IMG/VR virus record: IMGVR_UViG_3300027644_000030
Location: 1-38,030 of that record
From: a virus
Lineage: Duplodnaviria; Caudoviricetes
Direction: 5' to 3' (one strand)
Length of the DNA stretch: 38,030 bases
Shown: piece by piece, positions 36,125-38,030 of the stretch
Position numbering within the stretch: position 1 is the first letter of the stretch
Layout of the letters: each line of letters opens with the position of its first letter
Notes under the pieces: generated by a model
What the model was told of the DNA's origin: nothing
The model's database searches: none
The model's input: the letters and a program-made list of their open reading frames with translations, nothing else
Translations under genes and position numbers: made by a program

Positions 36125-37648
36125 TTAAACCAAGTTATTCAAAGCAAGTGCGCCAAGACCGCCACCGTTAGACATAGTTACACCGCCGTTAGCCATAAGT
36201 CTACTAATACCAGCCGCACCAAGACCTAGCGAAGCAATATTCTGTGCTGTAGAAGGAGGAGGTTGATAAATCGTATTGGACTGCTGAGTTAATGGCAAAC
36301 CACGAAGCATGTCAGACATGAACCCCAACTGCTTGTACGGGTAGTTCTGGTAGTTCTGGAAGTCCTGCATCTGATTGTTCAGGATGTTCTGCGACTGTTG
36401 CTGTTGCTGGCCACCGTACGCGCTTTGCAACTGATTAATGCCCATACCTTGGGTGTACTGCTGATTACCCAACTGCCCTAACTGCCCTGCACCTGTCAGC
36501 GCTGTTTGTAGGCCTTGCAACCCCAAACCCGCACCATACTGGCGTGACTGCTCGGCTAATTGTTGTGCCTGCATTAATTGCTGTTGGTTGGCCATCTGCG
36601 CCTGTAAGTCCTGCCCAGCACCAAATTGTTGTACACCCAGCTTAGCTTGCAAGTTTTGACTGCCTAGACCTATTTCGGCTTGCTGGTTTGCCAGAGCCGC
36701 CTGCAGTGCTTGCTGTGCGTTCATCCCTTGCGTTTGCAGATGCGCCGCTTGATTCTGTACGTTAGCTTGTTGAGCAGCGCTCAAGTTAGCCAGTGCCGTT
36801 TGCAGTCCTGTTTGTGTGCCAAGCTGCTGAGTGCTAAGCATAGCGGCAAGGTTTTGCCCCCCAACTTGTAGACCGGCTTGCTGATTAGCAAGGTTTGCTT
36901 GCATTCTGGCGGCTTGTTCTTGGTTGAACTGTTGCTGGCCTTGAGTAAACGCCGCTTGTTGGCCTTGTGCAAAGATGTCGCCTTTTTGACGGGCTAAGTT
37001 TCCTGCCATCTGCCCACGCATCAAATAGTTACCACTTCCGCCGAACGCACCAGAACGTGCAGCTTGGGCATCCTGCGATTGCCCTGCAATAGCTGATTGA
37101 CGGGCGGCGTCTTGTTGCTGGCGCTCAACCACATTGCGCATGTAAGGCGACATGTACTGGTCTTGCGTACTAGGACGTGTAAAAGACTCAGTTGTAATCC
37201 CCTGTGAGGGAGCCATCTGGTACTGCTGTATCTTAGGATCGTAACTACTTTTTGCCGTCGCCATGGTTGGCGTAGACATATCACTGCCCTTAACACTAGC
37301 AACATTACCTGCTTGATAGTAATTTAGGTTGGGGTTCTGTGCTGTATACGCAGTAAACGTTCCGGGGTTGTATGTGCCGTAGTTCATAGCACCTTGTGAA
37401 GCTAACCGCGCAAGGTCTGATGCCTGTTGAATCTGGGGCGACGCCTGCATGTTCTGCGCACCCGTAAAGGCTTGCTGCTGCAAAGGTGTGAACTGTGCAA
37501 CTTTATCCCCCATGTACTGCATATAGGGGTTGGTGTTTACATTGGTAACCGCTGCGGCTTGACCCAGCAAATCCGTAACATACGGCTTGGCGTAATCAGG
37601 GATGGTTGTCTGCGACGACGATATTTGAGAGATTTGCGGTTCAGCCAT
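36125..37648 (-). CDS. Putative Gln/Ala-rich internal virion (DNA pilot/ejection) protein
   Basis: Repeated LANQQA-like units, GAFGGS segment; position in the virion operon. Confidence 0.62.
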   Translation of the reverse strand: MAEPQISQISSSQTTIPDYAKPYVTDLLGQAAAVTNVNTNPYMQYMGDKVAQFTPLQQQAFTGAQNMQASPQIQQASDLARLASQGAMNYGTYNPGTFTAYTAQNPNLNYYQAGNVASVKGSDMSTPTMATAKSSYDPKIQQYQMAPSQGITTESFTRPSTQDQYMSPYMRNVVERQQQDAARQSAIAGQSQDAQAARSGAFGGSGNYLMRGQMAGNLARQKGDIFAQGQQAAFTQGQQQFNQEQAARMQANLANQQAGLQVGGQNLAAMLSTQQLGTQTGLQTALANLSAAQQANVQNQAAHLQTQGMNAQQALQAALANQQAEIGLGSQNLQAKLGVQQFGAGQDLQAQMANQQQLMQAQQLAEQSRQYGAGLGLQGLQTALTGAGQLGQLGNQQYTQGMGINQLQSAYGGQQQQQSQNILNNQMQDFQNYQNYPYKQLGFMSDMLRGLPLTQQSNTIYQPPPSTAQNIASLGLGAAGISRLMANGGVTMSNGGGLGALALNNLV

Positions 37649-37658
37649 GATCTATTCC

Positions 37659-38030
37659 TTATGCTGGAAGGTGTTTGTCAGCACGGCTATTGGCCGCTAC
37701 TTTGTTTTTGCCTGTGGTTTTACCCCGCGCACGTTGCACACGATCCATCATGGCGTAGAGCTTCTTAGCACCGGCCTCTGTAGAGCCATTACCCAGTTCA
37801 GACACAATGCGAGCAGGTACTACAAACTCACCATCGGCAAGGCGTGCAGGTTGTTGCTTTTGGCCAATCGTTGCAGGGATGCTGTCAGACACGCCATCAC
37901 CGGGGCCTCTGAGCAAGCGGCCACCATCAGAGTAGGAACCCAAAGCACCTAGCCCACCGCCCATAGCTAAACGAGGCAAACCTCCTGCGGCCATAGCGTT
38001 GCCGGTACCAGCACCTGCGCCTGTTCCATC
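37659..38030 (-). CDS. C-terminal part of a putative virion protein (5' end outside the window)
   Basis: Frame open to the window edge; GPGDGVSDSIPA...ARLADGEFVVPA...LGNGSTEAGA motif typical of phage virion proteins. Confidence 0.7.
   Translation of the reverse strand, partial: DGTGAGAGTGNAMAAGGLPRLAMGGGLGALGSYSDGGRLLRGPGDGVSDSIPATIGQKQQPARLADGEFVVPARIVSELGNGSTEAGAKKLYAMMDRVQRARGKTTGKNKVAANSRADKHLPA

Larger units (their letters stand above)
1..38030. mobile_element. Tailed dsDNA bacteriophage genome segment (podovirus-like gene set)
   Basis: Terminase, portal and scaffold cluster, phage PolA, SNF2 helicase, primase-helicase and large internal virion proteins; dense operons with overlapping stop/start codons; no host housekeeping genes; no integrase seen in the window. 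Confidence 0.97.

Noticed and set aside
1-38030. Integrated prophage with att sites
   Set aside because: No integrase, host genes or junctions in the window; both ends fall inside virion genes

Overview
The whole window is a segment of a tailed dsDNA phage genome with a podovirus-like layout and no host genes. Minus strand, 1-7337: head and packaging module (putative TerS, TerL, portal, GroES-like co-chaperonin, scaffold, head proteins). Plus strand, 7.7-17.7 kb: early region of many small ORFs plus a MoxR-type AAA+ ATPase, a HExxH-vWA protein and a DUF3150-like protein. Plus strand, 17.7-27.9 kb: replication module (VRR-NUC, family A DNA polymerase, Cas4-like nuclease, HNH, SNF2 helicase, SSB-like protein, primase-helicase). 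Minus strand, 27.9-38 kb: internal virion/ejection proteins. The most striking signals are non-coding. (1) About 22 copies of a 14-bp palindrome CTAACA-WW-TGTTAG are confined to 7.6-18.5 kb, and many supply start codons or abut RBSs and terminators. (2) The same interval is almost free of GCWGC and GGCC, and CCWGG appears absent from the entire window. (3) An origin-like array of half-sites with IHF-consensus boxes lies at 8.7-9.2 kb. (4) A three-way-junction RNA sits in front of the SSB/primase operon. All motif counts are manual and all protein family calls come from recognised motifs, not database searches.
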